Positions 39,601-51,300 of a stretch of DNA of 64,000 bases are shown piece by piece; positions within the stretch are counted from its first letter, which is position 1; the number at the start of each line of letters is the position of its first letter. Under the pieces are notes generated by a model that saw only the letters and a list, made by a program, of their open reading frames with translations, did not search any database and had not been told where the DNA came from. A program made the translations under genes and the position numbers. The DNA comes from Mobula hypostoma. Taxonomy: Eukaryota. The stretch spans positions 115,012,001 to 115,076,000 of the forward strand of contig NC_086107.1 of NCBI RefSeq assembly GCF_963921235.1. The letters run 5' to 3'.

Positions 39601-42600
39601 CTTCCCGCATTTGAATATAGAACATTTATATACATGGTTCCCTGAAAGGGCCAACAGAGCGGCGAAGAAGGGATTTCGCACGCGGCCTTCATCAGTCAGG
39701 GTACTGAGTACAGGATTCGAGATATCGTGTTGCAGTTGTTCAGTTTTGAGCTGCACTTTGAGAGGCCGCACTTTGTTTTCAGTTCTGGTCGCACTGCTAT
39801 AGGGAAACATGCCATTAAGCTAGAAACAGTCCGGAGGAGATTCACCATGAATTTGCCGAGATTTGAGGGTCTGACTTACAGAGAAGGTTAGGGTTAGAGA
39901 CGTACAGAGGGTGAAAGCAAACAGGCTTTTTCCACAAGATTCGGAGGAAGAGGGCTGCGGGTGAACAGCTAGGGATTTCCGGAGCGAAGGCATTTTTACT
40001 ACTTGGGGTAACAGAGAGGCAAGACTGCGCAGGCGCGTGACGTCGGCCAGTAGAGCGGGAAAAATTTAAAAAGAAGTCCGTCATATCCAGCGGGCAGCGG
40101 AGTGAGAGGTAGCAGAGTGAGAGGGCTTTGGCTCAACGGGCTTAGGCGGTAACGAGGTGAGGTAGACTTACCTGTGTTAATTGCGGAAAGTAGTAGTATG
40201 TGTGTGAGGCCGGTTTTTTACTGCTCGGTGTCGGATGTGGGAGGTCCTGCAGTCTCCCAGCCTCCCGGACGGCCATACCTGCACCCGATGCGTCGAGCTG
40301 CAGCTCCTAAGGGACTGTATTAGGGAACTGGAGATGCAGCTCAATGACCTTCGTCTGGTCAGGGAGAGCGAGGAGGTGATAGAAAGGAGTTGTAATCAGG
40401 TGGTCACACCAGGACCACGGGAGACAGACAAGTGGGTCACAATTAGGAGAGGGAAGGGGAAGAGTCAGGTACTACAGAGTACCCCTGTGGCTGTACCCCT
40501 TGACAATCAATACTCTTGTGTGAGTACTGTTGGGAGGGTGTGACGGCCTACCTGGGGGAAGCAACAGTGGCCGCGCCTCTAGCGCAGAGTCTGGCCCTGT
40601 GGCTCAGAAGGGTAGGGAAAGGAAGAAGGCAGAAGTGACAGGGGACTCTATAGTTAGGGGATCAGACAGGCGATTCTGTGGATGCAGAAAAGAAACCCGG
40701 ATGGTAGTTTGCCTCTCAGGTGCCAGGGTCCGGGATTTTTCAGATCGCGTCCAAGATATCCTGCAGTGGGAGGGAGAACAACCAGAGGTCGTGGTACATA
40801 TTGGTACCAATAACATAGGTAGGCAAAGGGAAGCGGTGCTGAAAACAGACTACAGGGAGTTAGGAAGGAAGTTGAGAAACAGGACAAAAAAAAGGTAGTA
40901 ATCTCAAGGTTACTGCCTGTGCCAAGCGACAGTGAGTATAGGAATAGAATGAGGTGGAGGATAAATGCGTGGCTGAGGGATTGGAGCAGGGAGCAGGGAT
41001 TCAGATTTCTGGATCATTTGGACCTCTTTTGGGACGGATGTGACCTGTACAAAAAGAACTTGTTGCACTTGAATCCCAGGGGGACCAATATCCTGGCTGG
41101 GGGGGGGGGAGGGGTTGCTAAGGCTACCGGGGAGAGTTTAAACTAGAATTGTTGGGGGGGGGTGGTTGGGAACCGAACGGAAGAGACTGGGGAAGAGGTG
41201 GTTGGTCAATGGGAGAGAGGGACAGAAGAGCAGAACTAGAGGGAGGTGATAGACAACTAAGGCGAAGAAAAGGAGTGAGAGAAGGGCCAGACCGGAGAAT
41301 GGAGAAGGAGAAAATGTAGGGGGAGAGATACTCCTTTAGAGAAATTGAATTTCACGCCATCAGGACGGTGGCTACACGGAAAGTATATGAGATGTTGCCT
41401 CTCTAAATTGAGTTTGGATAATCGTGGCAGTAGATGAAGCTATGGACAAGTATGTCAGAATGTGAATAGGAATTCGAATTATAATGTGTGGCCATCAGGA
41501 GACCTTGCCTTTTGGACAAAGGTTCAAAGCTTCCTTTTATTATCAAGAATATACGCAGAATACAACTCTGAGATTAATTTTCCCCAGATAGCCACAAAAT
41601 ACAGAAAAAAAAACATGGTTCCCCCGCCCGCACGAAAAAGAATAAGAAACAATGCTCGCCAACTCGCCCCAACCTTCTCACTCGCACGAAAACTATCTGA
41701 TAGCCAGCTCGGACACGGCAGCTAAAACATCAAACCCTAACCCACCCTAACCCCTCCCACGCAATCAAACAGCGGTAATACCATCAAACACCAAACCCCT
41801 CCCTCGCCCCAGAAAGTAACATATCGCCCACCCGCCAATCAGCATCAAGAAAGAAAACAGAGAAGCACTGAAGGAGACCAATATAAACTAATTATCATTG
41901 ATTAAAAGTGGCCTCCCGTGGAGAGAGACGGGTACATCAATTGGAAATTTGGGCTCAACTGGGTCAAATGGGATTGGCTCAGAAGGGGATGGGTTAAACT
42001 CAGGCAAATGGGACAGATTCAGATGGGGAAAGGGATAAACTCAGGCAAATGGGACAGCCTCAGATGGGGAAAGGCTTAAACTCAGGCAAATAGGACAGGT
42101 TCAGATGGGGAAAGGGTTAAACTCAGGCAAATGAGACAGGTTCAGATAACTCAGGCAAATGGGACAGCCTCAGATGGGGAAAGGGTTAAACTCAGGCAAA
42201 TGGGACAGCCTCAGATGGGGAAAGGGTTAAACTCAGGCAAATGGGACAGGTTCAGATGGGGAAAGGGTTAAACTCAGGCAAATGGGACAGGTTCAGATGG
42301 GGAAAGGGTTAAACTCAGGCAAATGGGACAGCCTCAGATGGGGAAAGGGTTAAACTCAGGCAAATGGGACAGGTTCAGATGGGGAAAGGGTTAAACTCAG
42401 GCAAATGGGACAGGTTCAGATGGGGAAAGGGTCTGTTTTCCTTATTTTAGGAATCAGAGTGGTGGCTTCCAGAGTCACTCCTCTGAGAGATATTCCCCAT
42501 CGATCTGAGAAGACTGGGGAGCGGATTTCATTCTTCTGAGGGGTCAGCAGGTGCAGAGGGGCGGAAGGGCTCTCACCTCGTTGAAGAGGACGCTAAATCC

Positions 42601-45600
42601 CACCTGGGACATCTCCATCTCGAAGGAACTCTCGCTGGAGGATTGCGTTCCTGTGGAAAACAGCGTAATGTCATGGGGGCATGGCGTGGGAGAGGGATCG
42701 GGTAGTTGAGGGTAAACGGTAGGGGAGGGGATGAAGAAAGGAAGTGAGAGATGGCGAGGGCTCACAAACTGTTAGGACGCAGGTGAGTGCGGGGGAGAGC
42801 AGGGTTATGGGAGGAGAATCGACCTGGTGGAGGAGGGGAAGATTCACGGAATGTGGGATGGGGTAGAGTGGGAGGGCAGGGCAGGGAGAGAGAAAAAGAG
42901 GGAGATTGATAAAGAAAGTGGGAGGAGGGGAGTAGAGGGGGAGGGTATGGGGTTTATGGAGAGGGGAGGGGGCGAAGAGTGAATGGAAGATGAGTGAGGA
43001 GAGTAGGGAGTGGAGCGAGGAGAGAGGGAGAGGGGCAAAAGGTGAAGGGGAGAGGGAATGAGCGGGCAGGGAGAGGGTGGTGGGCGGTAAGAGAGAGACG
43101 GAGGTGCCGGGAAGGGTGGGTGAGGGACTGTTGGTGAGGAATGGCTAGAGGGCGACAGCAAGGAAAAGGCGGAAAGGGACGGGAAAAGTAGACTTGGACG
43201 AAGTTGGAGGGAGCGAGAGGGACCCCGGTGTCCCGTGTGAAGCCACATCCTCGTTTTGAGTCCTCACCCTCGATCTCGTAGATTTTGGACTTGAGATCCT
43301 GGAAGACAGATTGCAGCTCACTGTAATCTTTCACCTTGATCAGATAACTGGGGGACGAGGCGATTAATGTCAACTCCGTCAGACCCTTGCTGCCACTCTC
43401 GAAACTATTTCCAACCTGTGAAAAGGGCAGAATTAGAAACGGGCTCAAGGTTTCAGTTTCACAGGGGAGAGGAATGGCGTTAGTAATCAGGGATCGTGTC
43501 ACAGCTGCAAAAAGGAAGGATATCGTGGCGGGATTACCTACTGGAGAATGCCGTGCGGGATACTGAGGCTCTAGAGATGGTAGGTAAGAACATAGGGATC
43601 TCTATCCGTTTGGTGTGACGGCAGACGATTCCAGCATCTTCAACGTGATTCTACCACTAAGCATATCTTTCCCCTCTGCTCTCCTTCATATTTAATAGGG
43701 ATCACCCTTCCCTCGCCTCTGATGTTTGCCTGGCACTTACCCCGGCAAGAGTGACGCGCCCCTACACCTCCTTTCTCACCACCAGTCAGGGCTCCAAATA
43801 GTCATTCCAGGTGAGGCGAGACTACACCTGCGAGTCGCTCGTGGTCATCCAATGCTACCGCTACGGATGCGCCACAAAAGGCAGATCTCCCGGTGGCGAA
43901 CCATTTCAATTCGACTTCCCATTCACATTCCGATATGCCTGTGCATGGCCTCCTCTAGCCAAAGTGAGACCAAGCTTATGTCGGAGAAGCAACATCTCAG
44001 ATTCTGTGTGGGTAGCCTCTAACCTGACGGTATAAACATCAATTTCTCTAACTTCCAGTAATTTCTGCCCCTCCATCCCTTTCTTCGTTGTTCATTACTC
44101 TGGCTGGTTACCCTTTCACCCCCTCTCTTCTCCTCATCTGTCCATTATCTCCCGCTGGCGCTCCTCCTCCTTTCATTTCTCCCAAAGTCCTCTATTAACC
44201 ATATAACCATATATAGCTATATAACAATTACAGCACGGCAACAGGCCATCTCGGCCCTTCTAGTCCGTGCCGAACTCTTACCCTATCCTAGTCCCACCGA
44301 CCTGCACTCAGCCCATAACCATCCATTCCTTTCCTGTCCATATAGCTATCCAATTTAACTTTAAATGACAACATAGAACCTGCCTTAACCACTTCTGCTG
44401 GAAGCTCGTTCCACACAGCTACCACTCTCTGAGTAAAGAAGTTCCCCCTCATGTTACCCCTAAACTTTTGTCCTGTAATTCTCAACCCATGTCCTCTTGT
44501 TTGAATCTTCCCCACTCTAACCACGTCAACTCTATCAATCCCCCTCATACTTCAAAAAACCTCTATCAGGTCCCCCCTCAACCTTCTATGCTCCAAAGAA
44601 TAAAGACCTGCCTTGTTCAACCTTTCTCTGTAACTTAAGAGATGAAACCCAGGCAACATTTTAGTAAACCTCCTCTGTACTCTGTCAATTTTATTGACAT
44701 CTTTCCTATAATTCGGTGACCAGAACTGCACAGAATACTCCAGATTTGGCCTTAACAATGCCTTATACAAATTCAACATTACGTCCCAACTCCTATACTC
44801 AATCAACAGGAATTCTGCAGATGCTGGAAATTCAAGCAACACACATCAAAGTTGCTGGTGAACGCAGCAGGCCAGGCAGCATCTCTAGGAAGAGGTACAG
44901 TCGACGTTTCGGGCCGAGACCCTTCGTCAGGACTAACTGAAGGAAGAGTGAGTAAGAGATTTGAAAGTTGGAGGGGGAGGGGGAGATCCATCGATTCTGA
45001 TCTCCCCCTCCCCCTCCAACTTTCATATCTCTTACTCACTCTTCCTTCAGTTAGTCCTGACGAAGGGTCTCGGCCCGAAACGTCGACTGTACCTCTTCCT
45101 AGAGATGCTGCCTGGCCTGCTGCGTTCACCAGCAACTTTGATGTGTGTTCTTATACTCAATGCTCTGATTTATAAAGGCAAGCAAACCAAAAGATTTCTT
45201 CACCGCTCTGTCCACATGAGATTCCATCTTCAGAGAACTATGCACCCTTATTACTAGATCCCTCTGTTCTACAGCATTCTTTAATGCCCTACCGTTTACC
45301 ATGTATGTCCTATTTTGATTAGTTCTACCAAAATGTAGCACCTCACATTTTTCAGCATTAAACTCCATCTGCCATCTTGCAGCCCACTCTTCTAACTGCC
45401 CTAAATCTCTCTGCAAGTTTTGAAAACCTACCACATCATCCACAACTCCACCTATCTTAGTATCATCTGAATAATTACTAATCCAATTTACCACCCCATC
45501 ATCCAGATCATTAATGTATGTGACAAACAACATTGGACCCAGTACAGATCCTTGAGGAACACCGTTACATACCGTCCTCCAATCTGACACACAGTTATCC

Positions 45601-48153
45601 ACCACTACTCACTGCTGGATCAATTTTACTGCTTCAATATTAATACCTAATGATTGAACCTTCCTAACTAACTTTCCGTGTGGAACCTTGCCAAAGGCCT
45701 TACTGAAGTCCATATAGACAACATCCACCGTTTTACCCTCGTTAACTTTCTTAGTAACCTTATCAAAAAATTCAGTAAGATTTGTCAAACATGACCTTCC
45801 ACGCACAAACCCATGTTGACTGTTCCTAATCAGACCCTATCTATCCAGATAATTATATATACCATCTCTAAGAATACTTTCCATAAATTTATCCACCACT
45901 GACGTCAAACTCACAGGCCGATAACTGCCAGGTTTACTCTTAGAACCCTTTTTAAACAATGGAACAACATGAGCAATACGCCAATCCTCCGGCACCATCC
46001 CCGTTTCTAATGACATTTGAAATATTTCCGTCAGAGCCCCTGCTATTTCTACACTAACTTCCCTCAAGGTCCTGGGGAATAACTTGTCTGGACCTGGAGA
46101 CTTATCCACTTTTATATTCCTTAAAAGTGCCAGTACTTCCTCTTCTTTAATCGTCATACTTTCCATAACTACCCTACTTGTTTCCTTTACCTTACACAAT
46201 TCAATATCCTTCTCCTTAGTGAATACCGAAGAAAAGAAATTATTCAAAATCTCCCCACCTCTTTTGGCTCCGCACATAGCCGCTTATAGATAGCAATATT
46301 ATATAGCAAATTTTAGAACTCTTCTTCCCTTTATCTCTTTCTGCAGCTTCGTACGACAACTCCTCTCCCTATATCCATGCACGACCCATGTCCCTCATCT
46401 CGTCTCACCTATCACCTGCCAACTTGTACCCCCCTCCCCGCCTTCTTATTCTGACCCGCCCATTCCTTTCAAATCTTCATGAAAATGTATCTATTAATTC
46501 CCCTCATAGATGCTGCCTAATCGGTTGAGTTCCTCCAGCAGTTTGTATGTGTTGCTCAATTTTGTAGCATCTGCAGAATTTCTTGTGTTGGGAAAGATGA
46601 AAAATAACAGGGTTATAGGGTGACTTCCACTTCCCAAATATTGATTTGCACCTCCATAGGGCAAGAGGATTAGATCAAATTGAATTTGCAGATGCGTCCA
46701 GAAACGATTCTTGACACAACGTGTAGACAGGCCGACTCGAGTACAGACTATACTGGATCGGTTACTAGGCAATTAATCAGGTCAGGAGACGTTTTGGAGT
46801 CAGTGACCACAACGCCATGACCTTTACAAGGATCGGAACAGACGGCATGTGAAAATATTTAACTGGGGTACGACGAATCAGGTAGGAACTTGTGAGTGTA
46901 AATTGGGAGCAGATACTGTCAAGGAAATGAACCAAGGAAATGAACCAAGGAAATATGGAGGTTGGTTAAGGAGTATTTTCGAGGAATTCTTGATGTTTGT
47001 TCCATTGAGGCATGAAAAGGATGGTACGGTGAGATGAGGAACATATAGTCAAGAAGAAGAGGAAAGCACAGAACAGAACAGCCTAGTACTGTATGTGTTG
47101 TGCCGAACTTTTAACCTACTTCTAGATAAAGCAATCTTCCTTTCATCCGTGCGTATCGAAGAGTCTTTTAAATGTCAGCAATGTATCTGTCTCGACCGCC
47201 AGCCATGGCAGGGCGTTCCATGCACTTACCACGCCCTGTGTAAAACATTTACATCTGACATTCCCCTATATATTCGAGAAAACATCTTAAAATTATGCCC
47301 CCTCCCCCGGGGGAAAGGGTACTGGCTGTCCACTCTATCTATGCCTCTTATCATCTTATACATCTCTGTCAAGTCGCCTCTCGTCCTCCTTCTCTCCAAA
47401 GAGAAAACTGTAGCTTTTGCTCCAGATGCTCTGCTGCGGTCGCCGCTGACATTTAATTGTCCTTTCGTGTTTTTGAGTAAGTGGAGTTAAGGATCATGTT
47501 AGGATTCTGGGGACAGTTATAAGGGAGAATGAGAGGAATTAGAGGTGTTGCCGGAATTTTGGTTCCTAAATCTCCGCTACGCGTTTGAAGAACGCCGACG
47601 CAACGCAGGCATAGGATATCCCAGTGCAGAGACGGGATGTTTAACCGGACTTTGGGCTGACAGACCAGCGTGAACGAAAGCTGGTAGTTCCGCCAGCAGC
47701 GAAATCTCGGCGGGCTCCAGAGTGCGAGTTCCACGCTGCTGGAGCAACGAGGTCCGATGCTGCCGGAGCTAAGTGGTTTCGGGAATCGGTGAGACCAGAG
47801 TTCGAAGCCTAGCGTTTCAGGGGCCGGCATCGACGAGTCCGCATTTCGACGCCTGTGTACGGTGATCGGAGGTCCTGTGTTTGATGGCGACGATCGAGGC
47901 CATCGAATTGGAAGTCCGGAAGTGGAGGTCCGTCGGCCGGAGTACCGGATCTGCGAATCTCTGTGGGTTGGCTGGAGAAGTGGAAAGCCCAATATCGACG
48001 TATTGGCGTTCGACTCCGAAGCTGCAGGGTCGATGCCGAAGCATACGAACTGGAGTCTGGGGTGAGGGGACTGTGTATGTGCATGGGTAAGGAGGAGGAA
48101 TTCGGCGTGTTTTGCTGTTGCAGTGTTGTTTGTTGCATCCTGTGCGCGCGCGC

Positions 48154-48194
<41 letters not shown>

Positions 48195-48254
48195 CGCGCG
48201 CGTGTGTGTGTGCGTGCGTGTGCCTGTGTGTGCGTGTGCGCGCGCGTGCGCGTG

Positions 48255-48304
<50 letters not shown>

Positions 48305-48322
48305 TGTCTTTGCGTGCCCGTG

Positions 48323-48358
<36 letters not shown>

Positions 48359-51300
48359 CTGCATTGTTCTACCAAGGATTGTGAGCATGCTATCTTGACG
48401 CGGGGATGTATAGCAACATTTACGGGATGCCCCCAGCACATCCTTGGATATGTCGGCTGTTAACGCAAGAGGCACATTTCATTGTATGTTTCGATGTACA
48501 TGTGATAACTAAACTTGAATCTTGAACTTTGCTCAATCAATCCCTTAAGACGTGTTTACCAGGCAACATCCTGGTAAATCTGCTCTGCGCCCCCTCCGAA
48601 GTTTTCACATCTTTCCTATAATGAGGCGACTAGAAATGAATGCAGCCCTCCAAGCGTGGCATGTGTTTTACAGAGCTGTCGCAGCGCTTGAGGTCACTTG
48701 AGGTTTAGGAAGCAAACAACAGACAAGGCTCCGAAGAGTTAAAAGGTAGCTGGAAAGAAGGTTAAAAAGAGACTTAAGACAGGTGGAAAGGAACACGAGA
48801 TAGCCTTGGCGAGTAGGGTTAATGAAAATGCACAAAATACACATAAATGCTAGAGGAATTCAGCAGTCAGGCTCCATCTATTGAAAAGAGTAAACAGTCG
48901 ACGTTCGGTCTTCTTCAGAACTGAGATGGAAGGGGGAAGATGACTGAATTAAGAAGGTGGGGCGGAGGAGGGGAAAAGGCTAGCTGTAACGTGATAGGTG
49001 AAGACAGACGGGTGGAAAAAGTCCAGGGCTGGAGAGGAAAGAATCTGATAGAAGAGGAGAGCGGACCATAGGAGAAATGGAAAGAGGAGAGGACCCAGGG
49101 GGAAGTAATAGGCAGGTGGGAAGAACTGAAAGGTGGCAATGGGGAGTAGGGGAAGGGAAGGGGAATTTGTTCACCGGAAGGAGAAATCGATATTCATGGC
49201 AGGGAGGGAATTCTCATTGAAACCTCCCACATACTTAATGGCCTGGATAGAGTGGACATAGAGAGGATGTTTTCACTACTGTGAGAATATAGGCTCCGAA
49301 GGTATAGTGTCAGAATGAAAGAGGGCCTTTAAGAACTGAAACGACGACGAACTTCTTCCGCCAGATTGTAGGATTCGTTGCGACAAAGGCTGTGAAGACC
49401 AAATCTTTGGGTATATTTCCGTTAGCGATTCCCGCGCCGTCCCTCACGAAGATATCCTCTTCTTCCCTCACTGATCTCGCTCTACCTCCCACACTGAAAA
49501 TTCCCTTTCCACACGGAGACCCCGTGTCTGTGCGACACGGACCTTCCCCTCCGTCCCACATTCATCCCACCCACATACACACGGGGAGGGGGGGGGAGCG
49601 GGCACCTACCCCAATTGCACAGCGAGTGATCTTTTCCGCCTGCGCCCTCTTGATGACCTGCTCCAGATTGATGTCTCCTGGCGTGGTCGCTCCATCCGTG
49701 ATCACAATCAGGAGCTTCGCTGCCCCTTTTCTTGCCCCACCGTCCTCCGTAAACACAGAGAATCTGCGCAACACAGGAGAGAGGAGTGTCACATTAGAGA
49801 TAGGAGGAGGGAAGGCCATTCTTCCCCCCCCCCCGATTCAAATAGGTATGCATCATATGTTTTCCCTTTCACCATCTCTTCCTCTCACTCTATCTCTCTC
49901 TCCCTCCTCTCTCTGTCTCACACACACACACACACACACCCTCAGAAGCACCCCCCCCCGTTAATTTAAATCAAAACCACCCCCTTCTTTCCAGTGGCAT
50001 CACAGTACTCCAGGAATAGAAAAAAATACATCTAAATATTAGTGGTCGGGAGAGGGAGGTATTGAATCATTTCCAGAACCGAAAAACATCCCTCCACCCT
50101 GTCCCATCACACACACCCGGGATCAGACACAGAGTGAAGTTCCCTCCACACCGTCCTATCACACACTCCCGGGGCCAGACACAGAGTGAAGCTCCCTCCA
50201 CACCGTCCCATCACACACTCCCGGGGTCAGACACAGAATGAAACTCCCTCCACACTGTCCCATCACACACTCTCGGGGTCAGACACAGAGTGAAACTCCC
50301 TCCACACCGTCCCATCACACACTCCCGGGTCAGTCACAGAGTGAATCTCCCAGCACACACTCCCAGGGTCAGACAGAGTGAAATAACCTCTACACTGTCC
50401 CATTACGCATTCCAGGGTTTAGACACAGCCTGAAATAACGTGCACACGTCCCACTACACACTCCCGGGGCCAGACACAGAGCGAGGTTCACTCTATACCG
50501 TCCCATCACACCTCCATCTCCCCCCCCCCACCCCCATCCCGGGGTCGGACACACAGTGAGGCTCCCTCTAACCCTGCCGTCACACACTCCTGGTCAAGGA
50601 TTAGTTACATGGTATAATTGATCCCAGTTGCAGTAAATGTCGAACTCTCCATCAGCTCGATGCTATGCACGATATTATGCAGATTCCTTCGTTGCTCCTG
50701 GAATGTCTTAAAGTTCAGTTCCGTTCTGACTAAGGCAGAGTATTGAACGATGGCAAACTGGAGAGAGATGAAGGCTTCATTGAAGACAGAAAGAGACAGT
50801 CCTGTGTATTTCCTCGACTAGCCCCACTGACCTGCTCTATCCCCACAGTCCCATGTCACTCCCCAAACTAATCCCACTGTCCCGCCCTTTCCCCACAGCC
50901 ACGTGTCAGTCCCGAAATTTATCCCCACTATCTCGCTCTTTCCCAACAGCCACGTGTGACTCCCGAAATTTATCCCCACTGCCCCGTGCTCTCTTCACAG
51001 CCTGTGCCAGCCTCCAAACTAATACCCCTGCCAGACCCAAATCCTCTCTTTTCTCCCTCTCCTCCCCACTCCTGACGTGAACCCTGCCCCGTCACCGACC
51101 TGCATGCCGGCGTCTGATGCCTGTATCATATCCCACATGAACTTTTTGTTCGCCTCCAGGTCCCTTTTGGTGAGACTGTTGGACCCATCGAAGAGGAAGA
51201 CCACATCTACCATCTCAGGGATACACTCTGGCAGAGAGAGGGAGAGCGGCAGAGGATGAGAGAGGGATGGACGGCGAGGCACTCAGCACCTCGGGAATTG

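Larger units (their letters stand above)
44804..45149. mobile_element. Penelope-pLTR-derived palindromic (fold-back) insertion with 10-bp TSD
   Basis: Arms 44838-44988 and 44999-45149 are reverse complements with one mismatch. TATACTCAAT is duplicated at 44794-44803 and 45152-45161. Confidence 0.9.
44198..46280 (-). mobile_element. CR1 LINE ORF2 (RT) 3' ~2 kb, interrupted by the fold-back element
   Basis: KSPGPD...[55 protein letters not shown] tail. Confidence 0.93.

Noticed and set aside
41990..42432. CRISPR-like regularly spaced repeats (also 50088-50590)
   Set aside because: Head-to-tail tandem units with no unique spacers, no cas genes, and a eukaryotic intronic context.
44803..45175. 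Two near-identical ORFs on opposite strands ([12 protein letters not shown]...)
   Set aside because: A consequence of the DNA palindrome, not a protein gene pair.
47453..48475. 340-aa His-Thr repeat ORF and Cys-Val repeat ORFs
   Set aside because: Translations of a (CA)n/(TG)n microsatellite.
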